DNA of 64,000 nt, from the NCBI RefSeq assembly GCF_006345805.1, contig NC_042999.1, forward strand, positions 52,948,001-53,012,000, read 5' to 3'. Numbering within the stretch: position 1 is the first letter of the stretch; the number at the start of each line of letters is the position of its first letter. The DNA comes from Octopus sinensis (lineage: Eukaryota). Positions 49,604 through 62,836 of the stretch are shown here, piece after piece. The notes beneath the pieces are model-generated. The model had not been told where the DNA came from and made no database searches. It saw only the letters and a program-made list of their open reading frames with translations. Both the position numbers and the translations under genes were made by a program.

Positions 49604-49616
49604 CCTCACACATACT

Positions 49617-49965
49617 CAAGAAGGAAGGCAAAAAGATAGACAGATACAATCTTCTTAAGTACGAAATAGTCCGTCTATGGAAAATGACGAAGGTGAAGAT
49701 AGTGCCAATTACTTTGAGATCTTTGGGAGCACTATCAGAAGGCATGAAGAGGGTAATAAAGGAAATTGGGATAGAGTTCTCAGTAGACTTCTTACAAAAT
49801 GTGTGCCTCCTTGGCACGGACAGAATAATCAGGAAAGTATTAGATAGTTGAAAAGAATGGAAATCATGGTACCGTAGGCTGCAGATAGTAAGTCCTTTAA
49901 GCTTGCAAGACAAAACCTGTGATAAAGAGGCAATAACATCTGATAAACCTGTGTTAAATCATAAT
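49617..49965 (+). mobile_element. R4/Dong-type 3' end (RLE C-terminus)
   Basis: KEGKKIDRYNLLKYEIVRLWKMTKVKIVPITLRSLGAL..LQNVCLLGTDRIIRKVLDS*, then TAA/TAC repeats. Confidence 0.85.
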
Positions 49966-50419
49966 AATACTAATACTACTACTACTAATAATAATAATGA
50001 TAATAGACAATAACACAATCATAATAATAAGAGACAATAACACAATCATAATAATACGAATCCTACAACTACTAATAATAATAATGATAATAGACATGAC
50101 GAAGAGCGAGATGCGATTGCAATAAATATGTTATTGGCTGTACGATATTTCGACAGCAAACCTGTCTTTCTCTCGTTCAAAATAAAGAGTGATAAAAATT
50201 CAGAATTATAGAAATTCAAATCTAAAGTATGGACGAGAGCAAACATCCTCCGCACTTTGATGGAATGACATCGCCAGTCTTTAAATCCCAATAACATAAC
50301 TGGCGAAAAGAAAATACAGAAAAAAGAGGAAAAAAAAGCGGAAAGAAAAAAGGAAAGGAAAAATGAGAATATTTAATCAAACAGTTTCATGTAAATGTGA
50401 TGTAATTATGTCCTTTTAT

Positions 50420-52680
50420 TCTTTGCACCTGGGCGTCATGTTAATAATCCGCAAATATATTTCTCCTCGTGCATTTTGAGTATTGAAATTATAGCAGATT
50501 CAGAATATATTTTAATAATATGCACGTTCAAATTTTTTAATCAAAATTGCAAATGTTTGTCAAGTTATGTCGGACTTCTGTCATATGTCTACACATTAAA
50601 TCTTTTGTTTAATTGCTCTGTTGTACAACCAACATAAATCAAGTAATGTGTCATACATTTTGCCGCGAACAACAAATGGGAATCTCTACAAGTCCCACCG
50701 TCTGTGGAAATCATGACGTTTCCTTTATGATTTGTTGATAGAATTCATTTGTCTCGTGTTATTGCACAGTGAACAGGGCTTACCTCTTTTGCGGCTGCTT
50801 TCCAAGCGCACAGATATTCCAATGTTAGTTTTCTTGGAGTCAGAAATAGAGGTCAATAGTTGTCATATTTTTATTCCGTCTAAAGGCTACGATAGACGGC
50901 TGACGAAATATCTGTTTGAAACGAGGCTGTTTCCGCAAAACGCTGGTAACTTTCATGCAAATCCTTTGAAATGCCAGCGAAATTTCTGTCACATATTCTA
51001 TAGTGTTCGCTAAAATTATGCGCGAAGGTTTGACTTTCTTTGGTAATCTTAGTTATGTAATTTGCTATTTCCTCTAATCGTGATTCACTGTAACTGCGTT
51101 TGGTGTACAAAAGCATTTGCATGTTTCCAGTAATCCCCTATGTCAGTACGAATCCGCTTTATCTTAAAAAATTAGGATTTCGGATATGACCAAATTATAT
51201 GATGTGGATGATCGGAGCGGCTGTGGATGTAAATGTGGGATGACATGGGCTTGTAATATAGCTCTGTCACAATTCTGTCTCAAGAAAACTTAACTTTTGT
51301 GTCCAAAACTTCAACGCTAATTTTTGTAAAACTAAACGTAAATTTTATGTTGGACACAAATCCATAGTTTTTAGCATAATGGTCGCAGAAATTCAAGAAG
51401 TCAATTAAGCTATTCTATTATCCTTCCAAGACAAAAATGACATCATCAGTGAACCGTAACCAGAGTATAGATTTATGATCATGTAGGAATTTGAATGTTG
51501 TCAGTAACTATGTCTCGAATTTCGCCATGTAGACACTAGCGAAATTAACTGCCATGGTGATACATTTTTGTCCAAACTTCATTGTGTTACTTTGTAACAG
51601 AAAACTCAATTACCTACAGAGAAAATTCGATGGAATACTTTTGTTTGACCGTTTCTTGAAGGTATTCTTGTATGTTTCTACCCCTTCGTCGTGGTCAATA
51701 TTAGGATATAAGAAACATCCATGGTTACCAAAAAGCAATTTTCGACATGGTTTTGGTGCTTAAAAAAGTTGATGATTTTATACTAAAAATCAAAAGTAAC
51801 CCGAATATAGGAACTTGATCTTTTTTTGCGACAGGGAGTACAAAGCCATACAGCCATTCCGAAACCTTGGCTGTTCAAAATTTATATCCGCTTCAAATTG
51901 GACGCATTGGAGGAAATCTTTCGAAACTTTTGTGTATTTTAGGGAGATCATAAAATACAGGTGTTTTTCTTTCTTACCGTAAAATCCTGCATTCGGCTTT
52001 ATTAATGAAATTGTTTACTTCCATTTCCAAAATTATTTTGTCGAGTTCCTCTCTGTAAAGGAGTTTCGGATTGACAGGATATTCTTCATATGAATTTTTG
52101 TCACTTAAAACTTCTTCACTTTTGTCCATAATTACGACAGCGCTTCACTTACGCGCTATTTTAATAAAAATGGAATTGTTATTAGATAAACGTCGGAGTG
52201 CGTAACGTTGGGAATTCTTAAGGTTATTCCAAGACTTCTTTCCATTTGTTTGAAGGCTTTCCCTAATGCCGGTCTGACAAGATTCAAGAAATTCCAGTAG
52301 TGCTTCTGAACTTTATCTGAATACCAACTGGGATTCTTTTCAATCCAATTATGTCAGATTCGATCATCTTCATTTGTATTGTCAGTAAGCATGGAGTTTC
52401 TGACTCCTCGTTACCATTTTTTTCAAGACAAATTTTCAGCTTGTGACGGCGGACAAACTGAAATAGCCCTTGTGCTAGTTTATTCTTATCAAAATTCTTA
52501 GTTCTTGGAAAGAGACTCAGTCCAATCTCCAAGTCAGAGACATCGTCGGGTGAAGTTTTTAGTTTAGGTAAATTTATGACCGACTTATTCTCTAGTGTGA
52601 GGGATTTTCTTGGGCAAGTGGTTTTCATAGTCTTACTCTCATTAGATTCCTAACTATTTGGGGTAGGGGCTTTGCTCGAA
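50420..52680 (-). mobile_element. Degraded Penelope-like element (N-terminal motif, RT, GIY-YIG)
   Basis: VINLPKL..SPDDVSDLEIGLSLFP; AVVIMDK; VFYDLPKIHK; TMAVNFASVYMAKFE; LWLRFTDDV; TCRDSHLLFAAKC..IYVGCTTEQLNKRFN. Confidence 0.85.
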
Positions 52681-52857
52681 TTTTAAATTTACAACACGGA
52701 ACCTATTGATGATAAAATTTCTTCTAAATGTTCATGTGAGAAGTCATAATTTTTAGCTGTCTTTCTAGGAGTAATCCTTTTCTGGGTGGGTGATATAAAG
52801 AGAGTGACTTCCGTAGTTTTTGTAAGCATTTGTAAAACATTTACTTTTGGGAACAAA

Positions 52858-53373
52858 TTAATTGTTTTCGAGGCAAAATATCAAATGTGCTCGCATTTTT
52901 GACTGATCAAATATAAACCTCTCCTGAGCGTTTCCAATGAGCTGTTCAAATGCATAAGCCAGGGCAAAAAGGCCAAAATTATAAGCGCCAACTTGGGGAT
53001 TAATAATATGAACTTTTTCAACTGTAGGAATTATGTTTGTTTCTGGTGAGAACAGCATTGTTATTTGTACTATTAGCTCCTGTGAAACTGCTAAGTTCAA
53101 ACTGTCATAAACACAGACATCTCCGAAAAAATTGGTCGGCAAAACAAAATGAGTGTTCTTGGTGTGCTGAATGAATAGAATGCGGCGTGCACTGTATGTT
53201 AGAAATTCCGTGTGAGGAAAGTCGCTCGATTTTATTGGAATTTCAGGAAAATTTTCCACAACGATTTTTAACCCGCCGTCAGTAAGTTTAACACATAACA
53301 TTTGTCCCAAAATTAAAAATGATGTCTCATATTTAAAGGCAAATGTTCTCAACCAAAATGTTCCTTTGCCCAC
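52858..53373 (-). pseudogene. Ulp1/SENP-like (peptidase C48-like) cysteine protease domain, catalytic Cys apparently lost
   Basis: IQH..NTHFV (His), VYDSL (Asp), PQVG (Gln), YNFGLFALA (for DCGLFAIA), FDQSKMRAHL..CLE. Confidence 0.75.
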
Positions 53374-53564
53374 TGGCTTAGAGGAATGGGAAATAACATT
53401 TTTCAGTTTCTTTTACTTTTTTTGTTTTCAGGGATGAAATTCCCCACCCCCTTTTTTCTTTCAAAGTTCAAACAATTACACAAATAGTTGAAACGATTTT
53501 TAGAAGAACATGCCCGTATATATACATAAACACACACACAGACACACACACACACACACACAAT

Positions 53565-54482
53565 ATGTATATATATTTACATACAGACATAACAGAAGTA
53601 AATAGACACTCCATAAAACATCATTTTATGATTGTTCTAACTTGTTGCAAAGCCTCTGACATAGCAGTACAAATTGATATCTGTCCCAGAATATCTGTCA
53701 TGTATCTTCATAAACTTAGTTGGTATAGCAGAGCAGCAAAAAGCCTAAATGAAGCGGGGAAAAGTTTGGGCCAACGAGATGTTGGAGAGGCCACTAGCAT
53801 CTCCTGTGAGTCAAGATTTTCTGTATTTCCTGACAGTGGTCCAGTGTGGGTCTGGAGACTCTGTGATCAAGAATTTGATCACAGAGGGTGCAGCCACAAT
53901 GAATCGCAGCAACTATTCTGTGATGGTAAAGGGGGCAGTTTTGAGTAATGGTCGATCAGAACTGGTGTAGCGTGAGGAAAACATAGATACATATGTGTCC
54001 ATATTGCAAAAATGACTCCATTCAATCTTCTCATGTGGTGAAATGATTAAAGAAGACACTTTATTTATAGAAGATAGGTCTCCTTATCACACGGCTAAAA
54101 TGACCCAAGATTTGTTGGATGAGAATGGCATTAGAAGGCTTCAATGACCAAGCCAGTGACCAGATATGAACCCTATTGAACACTTCTGGGACATAATGGT
54201 CAGGACAATTCATAAAAACAACAAGAAAGCTTCTTCAAAGCCGAATCTTTTGAGATTACTGCATGAAACTTGTTAGGAAATTCCGCAAGAGAATATTCGT
54301 CACCCGATCAGAAAATTGCCTAACAAAGTCTTTGCATTGAAAAATGCACAGGGCATGTCTACCAAAGATTAGATATGCACATTATAACAATTAATAAATA
54401 ATTTGAATGTCTAATTTCAGATTTAAATAAATTTTAATGATTATAAAGGTATATGTTTACTTCTGTCTTATTAGTGGGTGTG
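53565..54482 (+). mobile_element. Tc1 (DD34E-like) transposase relic
   Basis: CESRFSVFPDSGPVWVWR; SVMV.GA; TLFIED..P.HTAK; WPSQ.PDMNPIEHFWD; right end CCCACTAATAA-type TIR followed by (TA)n. Confidence 0.85.
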
Positions 54483-54484
54483 TA

Positions 54485-54567
<83 letters not shown>

Positions 54568-54857
54568 TGTTTGTTTGTTTTATGTTCAGTTATAAGAAAA
54601 GCAATTTTACATTAATCTAATCGATTACTCTATACTTTTGTAGAGTACAAATTTATTATTCTGAAACAAGATTATTATCAACACTGACAATAGCATTATC
54701 CGAAATTTCCCCAATCAAAGCGTCTCCGACACACCCCTCCATAAGAAAAAAAAAAAACACTTTAAAATCTAATTAGCACTCCATTCAAACCAAAACATCC
54801 AAGGAAGATTGAAACTCAACTGAGACTTTATGAAGCCAAGATTAACTTTTATGCATC

Positions 54858-54902
54858 GCAGTCCGACGAAAGCTTAACTAGTCGAAACTTCGAAGTCAGT
54901 GT
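54858..54902 (+). ncRNA. Hammerhead-like relic, C4 core
   Basis: CCGACGA aagcttaactagtc GAAA CTTCGAAG TC / AGTG; palindromic ACTTCGAAGT stem III, GUC triplet. Confidence 0.45.
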
Positions 54903-54940
54903 CAATAATATTCTGGGTTACGAATTATAAATATACAAAC

Positions 54941-54980
<40 letters not shown>

Positions 54981-54999
54981 TATATATTATATATATATA

Positions 55000-55052
<53 letters not shown>

Positions 55053-55096
55053 TAAAAACGGTAAGATAACAAAAGAAAGAAAGAGACCTCAATATT

Positions 55097-55282
55097 ATGT
55101 AAATAGAGGAAATTATTTGTAAATTAATATGTGACAATTATTCAATCCACAACATCATCTCTTCGGTTATCTGGCCATATGGTGTTGTGGATCTCCACTT
55201 CGGCATCCGATACTCATAGTTTTATCTTGGCTATTGAATAATTGTCACATATTAATTGACAGATAATTTCCTCTATTTACAT
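55097..55282. repeat. Nested fold-back element
   Basis: Outer arms ATGTAAATAGAGGAAATTAT..GTGACAATTATTCAAT; inner arms TCCACAACATCAT / ATGGTGTTGTGGA. Confidence 0.9.
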
Positions 55283-55306
55283 TTATATTTACATATATAT
55301 ATATAT

Positions 55307-55365
<59 letters not shown>

Positions 55366-55653
55366 CATTATATATATGAGCGTGTGTGTGTACCAGATAT
55401 AACACGGAGTTTTTTAGTGACCAGGTGACGATCTTAAAGCGACGAAAACATTCTGCCTAGTTCAATTTAAATGTTGAAGTGAATCTCTGTTTGTGTGTTT
55501 TTATACGGCTTATAAATACCTTCTATGCTGCAATTGTTTTTGCTTCAGCACACGATCTCAGATCAGGTCACTTGCTATGGAAGTACATCTCCGTAATATA
55601 GAAACATACATACACACAAACACACACACACACACACACACACACAAATGTAT

Positions 55654-55868
55654 ATGATATTTTTATATAAGCTTAAATATTATAGCGATTACCGTGCAAT
55701 GACTAAGGAAAATAGTCTAATAAAGGGGGCATATAAGCCCTCGAAGGAGAAAAAGGCTTTCCTATCCTTTTCTTTCTGTCCAGGGCTTATATACCCCTAT
55801 ATTAGACTATTTTCCTTAGGCATTGTACGGTGATTGCTATAAGCTTTAAGCTTATATAAAAATACCAT
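55654..55868. mobile_element. Fold-back element, ~88-bp arms with a 40-bp spacer
   Basis: 55654-55741 is complementary to 55782-55868. Confidence 0.9.
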
Positions 55869-55964
55869 TATTATTATTTGCAGGATTGTAAACACGGCAC
55901 TGTATAAAAAAAACCATTTGCATCGAAATATATGTATGTATATATGTATGTTGATTCGTTAGCT

Positions 55965-56152
55965 ACTGCACGCATTTTTTTTCTCTCCTTCTTTCTGTGT
56001 TTTTCTCTCTCTGTGTATCTTTCTATTGAAGAGCGTAGGCTCGAAACGTTAAAGACTTGTTTTATTTATATTTCCTGAGCGCCATACTAATACAATTGTT
56101 CGTTTGTTTTCCACCTGCCTTCGTCTTTTGTTTATTTTCATAAAGCTTCCCG
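55965..56152 (+). mobile_element. Penelope-type terminal repeat fragment with hammerhead-like fold at 56019-56054
   Basis: Homologous to 21131-21300 (-); CTTT CTATTGAA GAGC gtag GCTC GAAACGTT AAAG. Confidence 0.6.
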
Positions 56153-56153
56153 T

Positions 56154-56187
<34 letters not shown>

Positions 56188-56999
56188 TGTATGTATGTAT
56201 GCATGCATGTATGCATTTGTGCTTGCGTGTGTAGAAGTGTAATATTTATATTAATCTCCATAACTCAGAATGCAAACTACCTCATGACATACCGACCTTT
56301 CTGGCTTGCATATCCACCTATTTCCTTAAATAACTCTTTGATATCTACCTCCCAGACTGTCTTTCTATATTTATCTATATACCTACCAATTTACCTACCT
56401 ACATACCTGCCTACTTACTTATCTCTCCGCCAATTTTAATCCAGCTTCTTAGCTACCCATCATTTTGTCATCCTACTAGTCTACATTGGTTGTGATCTAA
56501 ATCTTCAGAAAGTCACTTAATAAGAGCCATTGAAATCATTTGCGGTACTATCAGTGCACTAAAAAAAAAAATGACAAAGGATATATTTGTGTGTCTGTGC
56601 GTCTGCGCATGTGAGTGTGTGTGTGCGTGCGTATGTTTGTGTGTGTTATAACCTTGCTATCTGGAGCTCGTAAAGAGATATCCTAAGCATTAATCTATAC
56701 TATAATTATATAACACTGTTCAGTTTGCCTTTCTGCCACACAGTAGAGCGGGAATTTGCCTTTGTTTTCTTTTTGTTTGGTTGCGTTTGTTTATTTGTTT
56801 TGTCTGTTTGTTTGTTTTTTTTCTGGTTGTTATTTTTGTCTTTTAAAGAGGAAACACATTTATGTCCAGTGCAGTTGAATTAATTGTTTATTGAATTAAT
56901 TGTTTATTGAACGATGAGGAATTTTTACATGAAAGGGAGAGGAAAAGTGTTAACGAGAGCATGAGGTAAAAATTCGAGGTGGAGATAGACAGAGAGAGA

Positions 57000-57099
57000 G
57001 TTAAGTGATACTGAAACAGAGAGAGGGAGAGAGAGTGAGAGTAGAAGAGAAGAACAAAGAGAGAAGGAGAGCTAGAGATGCACACAGTGAAACGGAGAG

Positions 57100-57170
<71 letters not shown>

Positions 57171-57430
57171 GACAAAGAAAGAAACAGCATGAGAAAGAGA
57201 CCGAAATGAGAAAGAGAGAGGGAGACAGTCAGATAGACAGAAGCAGGCAGGCGGACAGGAAGAGAGAGAGAGAGAGAGTGAGAGAAGCAGACAGACAAAG
57301 AAAGGATGAAAGTATGAGAGAAACAGACAGAGGGACACACACGAACAGATGGACAAAGACGGAAAGAGAGAGAGAGAGAGTCAGGGAGGGAGAGAGATAG
57401 AGAGAGGGGAAGAAGACAGAAAAAAAGGAC
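57000..57430. repeat. (GA)n-rich polypurine tract
   Basis: Direct read. Confidence 0.93.
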
Positions 57431-57722
57431 GAAAAGATGCAAGAAAACCATTTCCTTAGTCATTATGCTGTATGACTGAAGTTAATGAGTGGGTGGTTTT
57501 GAAGAAAGATTAAGTATACTACAAACACACACACAAACACACACACCACACACACACACACAATACAAACTACATAATATAGATATGTATGAATGCATGT
57601 ATACGCGCTTTTCTACGTGTGAGTGTATTTTTGTATATAGATATACACACAAATATATATATATATATATATATATACTAATATATATATATATAGACAC
57701 ACACACACACACACATATCATA

Positions 57723-57759
<37 letters not shown>

Positions 57760-57919
57760 CATATTAGAGGGAAACCACTATGTGGACACCTTATGCTAGA
57801 AATAGATCCGCTATGGTCTTAACACTAAGAAATCTTCTCAAGAAAAATTTACCAAAACAACCAAAACGTACTGGTGTGAAATCGATGTTAATTAAATTAA
57901 TATCTAATTCCTCACCCTT

Positions 57920-57937
57920 ATTTTAAATATATATTAT

Positions 57938-57996
<59 letters not shown>

Positions 57997-58016
57997 TATA
58001 TATATACATATATACA

Positions 58017-58062
<46 letters not shown>

Positions 58063-58501
58063 ATATATACATACACAAAGGCACTGCCGCGGACCCTTAC
58101 ATACGAGTTACTACCTCAAATGCGTGTGTGGGTGCGTATGTGAATATGTGCATGTGTGTGCGTGCGTGCGTGCGTGCGTGCGTGTTTACTGCGAGAGGGG
58201 CATTTAAAATGTTCACCAGCTGTAGTTTGCCCTTGTTTTAAAATGTAATTGTTTTCTTCGTTCAGACGTAGATTAATGAACAAGAAACTTAATTGCTCTT
58301 CACGCACACAAACACGCCCACACAAATACCCATACAGACACCCAGAGACACACCCCCGTAACGCACGATCATACATGCGCGCACGCGCGATTATGTATCT
58401 GCGTCCATACATCTGAATATACATATATATATACACGCACATATATATATGTGTGTATATATAATATATGTATATATATATATACATATATATAAGTATA
58501 T

Positions 58502-58539
<38 letters not shown>

Positions 58540-58649
58540 TGTATATATATATATATATATAATATATAATATATATATATATGTATATATATATATATTA
58601 TATATATATATATATATTATATATATCTATATATACACCATATATAATA

Positions 58650-58712
<63 letters not shown>

Positions 58713-58760
58713 CTATATATATACATATAGGTGAATATATATATATATATATATATGTTG
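57920..58760. repeat. Extended (TA)n-rich low-complexity region
   Basis: Direct read. Confidence 0.9.
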
Positions 58761-58799
58761 TGTGTGTGTTGCGTGCGTGTGTGTGTGTGGTGTAATGTA

Positions 58800-59025
58800 A
58801 GGCGGCGAGCTGGCAAAACGTTAGCGCACCGGGCGAAATGCTTAGCGGTATTTCGTCTGTCGTTACGTTCTGAGTTCAAATTCCGCCGAGGTCGATTTTG
58901 CTTTTCATTATTTCTGGGTCGATAAATAAAATACCAGCATCGCAATGGGGTTGATGTAATCGACTTAATCCCTTTGTTCTTGTTTGTCCTCTCTATGCTT
59001 AGCCCCTTGTGAGCAGCAAAGAAAT
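58800..59025 (+). mobile_element. SINE family B
   Basis: GGCGGCGAGCTGGCAAAACGTTAGC.CACCGGGCGAAATGC..CCGCCGAGGTCGA..GCAAAGAAATA. Confidence 0.9.
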
Positions 59026-61054
59026 ATATATATATGTGTGTGTATATATATATACATATATATACACACAGACATATTCATATATACACTTGTAATACGA
59101 ATGCATGCTTTTGTGTGTATATATGTGTACATATATATGTGTGTGTGCGTGTATATATTATATATATATATTATATATAGATAGATTGATAGATAGATAG
59201 ATATATAGATAGATAGATACATAGATAGATAGATAGATATACACACACAAGGAACATTGACAGTGTATATCTCTATCCTTTCATTTTATATATATTATAT
59301 AATATATATATATATATAATATATATATATGCATATATATAATAACATATATATATTATATATATATATGATATATGTGTACATATGTGTATATATATTC
59401 ATATGTATATGTATGTATGGTATGTATGTGTGTGTATTCGTGAGTGTGTGTGAGAAAAGGAAACAAGATTCATAGAACATAGTGAATTGTGAATGATTAT
59501 TGAAATAATTCCTATAATAATATTAAAGTTGGGAAGTAAGTTAAAATGTAGTAGAAATTGAACCGAATAATAAAATAGTAGAATGATGGAATGATAGAAT
59601 AACAGATCGTGGGAGAAAACTTGGATAGTGGAGAAAGAAACAAAAAACGTTTAAGGAAGGAAAGGAAAACTAAATTAGGGAGGGGGAAAACTTACGGAAA
59701 GCACGAGAGAAAGTGGGAGGATGAGTGGAGTTTGTAAACCAGTATAAGAGTAGAGAGGTGAGTATGTAGATGCTGTGTGTGGTTTACGTGTCGGGTTAAT
59801 ATATGTGGAGGTTTGAGTGGACATGTATACGGAATGCGATTCCGATAAACCACTGGAGCGAGCTAGCAACACGTAAACAGATTTATGTTCATGTATTACA
59901 TGTAAGGAATCACATCCTACTGGATATCCTTCCGTTCCTGGCAGGATTGCATCTGAGAAATATTAGCAAAGTAAAAAACATTATTTTAAAAAGTAATTGT
60001 TTTTTTTTTTTTCCAAAAGGCGAGCTGTACTTAACTATGGTGCCTGTCAACAAGATAAGAATGTGAGATAGTTAGAGAGAGTTTAAGGTGTCGAACAGTG
60101 AAGTACATGCTTGGCGGAGGCGTAGTGTGACTGCCTCGTTCGGTAGGCCAACTCGCAAACAATTCAACTAATTCCTATCACCGTATGTCTACATTATTCG
60201 TGTTTAAGGAGGTTTTAATGGCATTTAAAAAGAAAGACACGCTCAATATGTGAAACTAGGGAGAGAATTTTGAAATGAAAGACTTCCACAGAAATCTTAC
60301 ATTGAAATTTCTGCCAATACATTAAGGTAAGTGTATATGCATATACACAGACACACAACCATATATTCGCGCGCGCGCACCACACACACGCACACACATA
60401 CGCAAAAACGCACTCACGATTTATGTACCTGAGTATCAAGAAAGAATATGGGTTATTTATCGATAGCGGGATCGACTCCTGCTAGATTGTGTTTTTTTGT
60501 CTCCGTATAAAATCAGTATTTATAAAGACATAGTGAACAAACATTTGATTACATTAGAAATAACAATTCCCAAATTATAATGTATATAGGGTACCACACA
60601 CACACACACACACAATCGCGCGCGAGTACAGACGCTCACCCGTAAGGGAGAAAAAAAAAGCAAAAGAACTAAACTTCATATATACATATATATAACTTTG
60701 GGCGTGCATGCATATGTGTGTGTATTATATATGTTTATAGATTGCGTATATGTATGGATAAGAGCAAAGATTTCAATCTGTTATTACTCAGAGTAGCAGG
60801 AATGCGAAACGAAATACTTTTCCTGTATTGAGCGCAGCTCTGCCTTGTTCGAGCTTGTTATGGATCAGGACATTATGGTCCCTGGATAGCGATGTACTGA
60901 CTGAGGTAGAGACAGATGGACGTGGCCTGAGTTTTGGTTCGTTCTGGTTAAATCAGCCACATGAGCGGGGGGGGGTCTATTTAATATCGGAAACATTCAG
61001 TGACCCCCACGTATCATCACTAATGCTGTGTCTAGCTGCAACTTATGATGCATG

Positions 61055-61055
61055 A

Positions 61056-61125
<70 letters not shown>

Positions 61126-61186
61126 CCCTACCTACCTACCTATCTATCTATCTATATATCTATCTATCTGTCTATCTAGTTGTTTG

Positions 61187-61218
<32 letters not shown>

Positions 61219-61257
61219 GTTGTCTGTCTATCTATCTAGCTATCTACCTACCTACCA

Positions 61258-61336
<79 letters not shown>

Positions 61337-61345
61337 ACTCTGTCT
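61055..61345. repeat. (CTAT)n microsatellite
   Basis: Direct read. Confidence 0.97.
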
Positions 61346-62274
61346 GTCTGTCTGTCTGTCATTATACACAGACACATAAACACCTACCAGATAAATACAC
61401 ATGCGCTACACATACGCACGCGTTATATTTATAGCAAGTTAAATAATTCAGGCAGACTTTAATAAAGGCGTAGAGTTGAATATATATTTCAAAAAGTTTA
61501 ATCTAGATAATCTTTCACTAACTGTGAATGTGTGTGTGTGTATGTGTGAGCGTGTATGTAAGTGCTTTTATATCATCGAGTGCGTAGGAGAACCACTTTT
61601 AATGTCTGCGTATGTATAAGTACAAGAAAGAAAATAAAATAAATGCGTCTTCATGCACACTTCTAAATATCTAAATAATAAATGCATTACATAATTAAAA
61701 TTAGGCAACGAAGACGATGCGAAGTGTTTCAGACAGAGTCAGGGGCCGCGGGATAAGATCTTATTAAACAGCGAAACACGACGGATGCTATGAGAGCAAA
61801 GCAACTTTTTTACTGTCATACGTCGTAAGAAGCAGCACACGTAGAATACATACCGAAGTTTGTTTTCGCCTACCTGTGCCAACCGCTACATTCTACAAGC
61901 GGTAAATATCAAAGATAAACCAGCACTGAAGGTAAAGATGAGGATATATAGATGTAAAAGAAAAAAAGAAAAAAGAAAAAGGAAGAATTTCAATATATCT
62001 AAGCGACTTCACTACTGTACTGTACTTAGTCGTTATAAAAGCTTTTTAACACACACACAGACACACAGACACACAGACACACACATATGTATGTATGCAC
62101 TGATATATATGTATATGCTTATACATAGATATATACGCATATATATATGTATATGTTTAAATGTATATAGATATTCACATTTACATATGTGTGTGTGTTT
62201 GTGTGTGACTGTATGTGTGTCTGCATGTATCCGAATTCACACAGACACACATACACACACACACACACACACCC

Positions 62275-62309
<35 letters not shown>

Positions 62310-62599
62310 GTATTATGTGCGTGTGTGTGTATATATATATGTATATATGTATGTATCCCTGTGCGTATGAATGTATGTGTGTATGCACACATGCTGTGCA
62401 CGTTGACGGGTTCTATGCATCTCTAAGGGAATTTTCCTGAAAATAGTGAAAGTTGTTTCCAGCTGCTCCCTTTCTCTTATTTTAGTATATTTTTCAAAGA
62501 CAAACATTGCGGCTCCGTCACAGAACGATTCCAGTCCACCAGCCTGGAAACACGGGATACAGAGAGCAATAAAACACAGCGCAAAACCATTTTGTCATC

Positions 62600-62720
62600 G
62601 TTTTAATAATTCCGCGAAAGCCCCAACTTTTGGCTGATACTTCATTTATCGACCCGGGATGAACGAGTGAAGGATTTACTATAAAAAGATTTGAACTTAC
62701 AACGTCCAAGCATTTTATCG
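62600..62720 (-). mobile_element. SINE family B remnant
   Basis: ACTTCATTTATCGACCCGG.ATGAA..ATTTGAACT. Confidence 0.5.
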
Positions 62721-62804
62721 TATGTTCTAATCACACTCCGACATCACTGCTTGAACGTTTGTGTATGTGTGTGTGTATGTGTGTGTGTGTGAGTGTGTGT
62801 GTGT

Positions 62805-62836
<32 letters not shown>

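Noticed and set aside
52858-53373. Host SENP/Ulp1 gene
   Set aside because: Intronless, with the catalytic Cys mutated and embedded among transposons; better explained as mobile-element cargo.
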